Shown here in pieces: positions 61,818 to 64,000 of a stretch of DNA of 64,000 nt. Positions within the stretch are counted from its first letter, which is position 1, and each line of letters opens with the position of its first letter. Source of the stretch: an uncultured delta proteobacterium (lineage in GTDB: Bacteria; Desulfobacterota; Desulfuromonadia; Geobacterales; DSM-12255); assembly GCA_963787125.1 (NCBI GenBank), contig CAWBBV010000001.1, positions 695,763 to 759,762 of the forward strand, given 5' to 3'. Below the pieces are notes generated by a model that saw nothing but the letters and a program-made list of their open reading frames with translations, did not search any database and was not told the DNA's origin. A program made the translations under genes and the position numbers.

Positions 61818-62174
61818 ATGACGTTTCAAAAACAACTGACATTTTTACTCCTGCTTGTTGCAGTGCTGCTGGCACCACTCAACTCTTTTGCTCATGATCT
61901 GAAATCTGAGCTAGCTAAGAGTTCGTGTGCCTGTCATGTGCCCGACTTTAGTGCAGGCGAAGGAAATGCCCAGCCGGATCGGTGTCCGGGCAGCAGTAGT
62001 GATGAATGCTGCGATTGCGAAGGGTGTTGTCCGGAGGCCACAGAGTCTTCAGCCTTTTGCGGGCCGATTGTAAAAATTACGGTAATGCAGCATTTCCACC
62101 CTTATGCAAACGGGTACCCTCCTGAGGTTATTCTCGCCATTTTTGTCCCCCCCCAAAGTTGCTCCTTGACGTAG
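61818..62174 (+). CDS. Small secreted Cys-rich protein with C-terminal Pro motif
   Basis: Signal peptide (SFA|H); CACH, CCDCEGCC; ends PPEVILAIFVPPQ. Start could be 61806. Confidence 0.6.
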   Translation: MTFQKQLTFLLLLVAVLLAPLNSFAHDLKSELAKSSCACHVPDFSAGEGNAQPDRCPGSSSDECCDCEGCCPEATESSAFCGPIVKITVMQHFHPYANGYPPEVILAIFVPPQSCSLT

Positions 62175-62299
62175 ATCTGCGGCACCACGCTTAAGATTAT
62201 TGCCGTGTCCACTTTAGGTTACCATTACCGCTGTAAACGTCATGTTTACAGTCGGCCGGCGATAACTTAAAACGGCATTTACATCCAAGGAGTATTATC

Positions 62300-62644
62300 G
62301 TGACAACTAAAGAACCACCTTTTTTCCAGGCCATCCTGGACTTTTTCTGCTCGCTTAAATTGACCATGTTTACCCTCGACACTCTGGCGGTTATCTCCAT
62401 CATAGGGACAGTAGACCTTCAAGGCACGCCACCTCCCGAGTATCTCCATAGTAGCCAGAACAAGCTGAAACTTTACCAGAGCCTAGGTTGCTTCGATATG
62501 GATCACTTCTGGGGGTTCATTCTGCTCCTTTCCCTGCTGTCGCTAAATCTGGTCGCCCGGTAAGAATCCGGGTGGATTTCAGCTTTTCATGGAGCAACTG
62601 CTGATGAAGCTCAAGAACAAACTTTCACTAGAGGAGAAAAAATG
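62300..62644 (+). pseudogene. resB: resB/ccsB cytochrome c biogenesis gene with large internal deletion
   Basis: N-terminal FFCSLKL...SIIGT...FDM.H.W.F...NLVA then a stop; the next frame gives the ResB-like tail KNPGGFQLF...KLK overlapping the resC start. Confidence 0.75.
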
Positions 62645-63487
62645 ACCAGTTCACTGCTGTTTAACATCACAACCTTTGCATATCTGATTTCCATGCTCTG
62701 CTTCTTTGTCCATGTTGCGACCCGCAACGCCCGGGCCGGGGCTGCCGGCAGTTACTGCGCATACGGCGGACTACTGGTGCAGACCGTGGCTATCCTGCTT
62801 CGCTGGAAAGAGTCCTATGATCAGGGCATGGGGCATGCGCCGCTCTCAAATCTTTATGAATCAGTGGTTTTCTTTGCCTGGACGATAATCCTGATTTACG
62901 CCATTGTAGATTTCAAATACCGCTACCGGATTATCGGCGCCTTTGTCGTCCCGTTTGCTCTCTTCGGTATGGCCTGGGCGCAGTTGGGGCTGAAAAGCGG
63001 TATTGAACCACTGGTGCCGGCACTGCAGAGCAACTGGCTATTGTATCACGTCGTTACCTGTTTTCTCGGTTACGCCGCCTTTGCAGTGGCGTGCGGAGTC
63101 TCTATCATGTACCTGCTAGCTACCCGTGCCGGCCTGGGAGTAGAGGGAAAGCGCGGTGCGATACTGGAAATGTTTCCGCCGACCAAGCTGCTGGACGATC
63201 TCAACTACAAGTCGATCATGATAGGCTTTCCACTGCTGACGCTTGGAATCATCACCGGTGCCGCTTGGGCAAACTACGCCTGGGGGACCTACTGGAGCTG
63301 GGATCCCAAGGAGACCTGGTCGCTGATTGTCTGGTTCGTGTATGCGGCCTTCCTTCATGCACGCATCACCCGTGGCTGGGTGGGTCGCAGGGCCGCCTGG
63401 CTTTCGATTATCGGTTTTGCCGCCACCATTTTTTGCTATCTGGGGGTGAATCTCTTCCTCTCCGGACTGCACAGTTATGGCGGATAA
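62642..63487 (+). CDS. ccsA: Cytochrome c biogenesis heme lyase ResC/CcsA (System II)
   Basis: HAPLSNLYES, PALQSNWL.YHV, WWD motif WGTYWSWDPKETW, GLHSY. Confidence 0.95.
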   Translation: MTSSLLFNITTFAYLISMLCFFVHVATRNARAGAAGSYCAYGGLLVQTVAILLRWKESYDQGMGHAPLSNLYESVVFFAWTIILIYAIVDFKYRYRIIGAFVVPFALFGMAWAQLGLKSGIEPLVPALQSNWLLYHVVTCFLGYAAFAVACGVSIMYLLATRAGLGVEGKRGAILEMFPPTKLLDDLNYKSIMIGFPLLTLGIITGAAWANYAWGTYWSWDPKETWSLIVWFVYAAFLHARITRGWVGRRAAWLSIIGFAATIFCYLGVNLFLSGLHSYGG

Positions 63488-63522
63488 CTGCAGGACGCAG
63501 GTAAAATTCTCAAGGAGAAACA

Positions 63523-63960
63523 ATGAAAAACCAAGTAGTGAAGGTATTTGCAGTGCTGGCAGCAGTACTGTTTTTGAGTGTTACCGTGCTGGAGCTTAAT
63601 GCCCATGCCAGAGCCGGTGGTGGGCGCTCATCGGGCGGGGCACGCAGTTACTCCAGACCGGCCAGCTCTGCCGCACAACCGCGACAGCAGCAACCGGCCG
63701 CCATGGCTCCCGGCGCGTTTACGCAACAGCAGGGCGGTGGCTTCATGAGAAGTATGGCCGGCGGCCTGGCGGGAGGTATGCTGGGAAGCATGCTGTTCAG
63801 CAGCTTTGCCGGAGCTGGCGGCGGCATGGGTGGCGGCTCCGGCGGTGGTGGCATTGGCCTGTTTGGAATCATTCTTCTGGCAGGCGGTGGCTATCTCCTT
63901 TATCGCTATCTGAAAAAGAAAAGGAATGATAATGCGTCCAAGCCTTATGAGTGGCGCTGA
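63523..63960 (+). CDS. Gly-rich membrane protein resembling the N-terminal half of Tim44-domain proteins (short or truncated)
   Basis: Signal peptide, ARAGGGRS.G, GGFM.SMAGG.AGG.LG..LF, TM, then a stop with no Tim44 domain. Confidence 0.6.
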   Translation: MKNQVVKVFAVLAAVLFLSVTVLELNAHARAGGGRSSGGARSYSRPASSAAQPRQQQPAAMAPGAFTQQQGGGFMRSMAGGLAGGMLGSMLFSSFAGAGGGMGGGSGGGGIGLFGIILLAGGGYLLYRYLKKKRNDNASKPYEWR

Positions 63961-64000
63961 TTTTATCCACACACACCAAACGGTCCAGAACCGATACGAT

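Overview
A chromosomal segment from a Geobacteraceae-like deltaproteobacterium, judged from gene content and order: parAB-atpXFHAGDC-pdxA, sfrBA-coaE-IclR-USP, and CxxxxCH-type multiheme cytochromes. Housekeeping genes include serS with two tRNA-Ser, the ATP synthase b'/b/F1 operon, tRNA-Pro, sfrAB, coaE and trmB. The most notable part is ~18.7-38.6 kb. A GAF-GGDEF protein there carries the Hypr (3',3'-cGAMP synthase) Asp-to-Ser signature and lies ~2 kb upstream of a GEMM-I riboswitch with the cGAMP-selective A20 and its own terminator. The riboswitch leads a ~16.4-kb extracellular-electron-transfer cluster: a beta-barrel porin, two lipoprotein cytochromes, an NHL/Ig-repeat protein ending in a dockerin-like domain, a small all-beta lipoprotein (cohesin candidate) and three giant cytochromes. 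I count roughly 88 heme motifs by eye, many non-canonical. The middle giant cytochrome is a chimera of its two neighbours and shares a near-identical 1.1-kb repeat with the first. Other points: a signal-peptide-bearing proteasome-beta/Ntn-like protein, a frameshift in atpG, an intact ISNCY-type IS with a 6-bp target duplication just upstream of exeAB, a palindromic operator and heptamer-repeat hairpins shared by the atp and sfr operons, and a yybP-ykoY riboswitch-terC unit followed by an internally deleted resB and an intact resC. All calls come from reading the sequence; no database searches were run.
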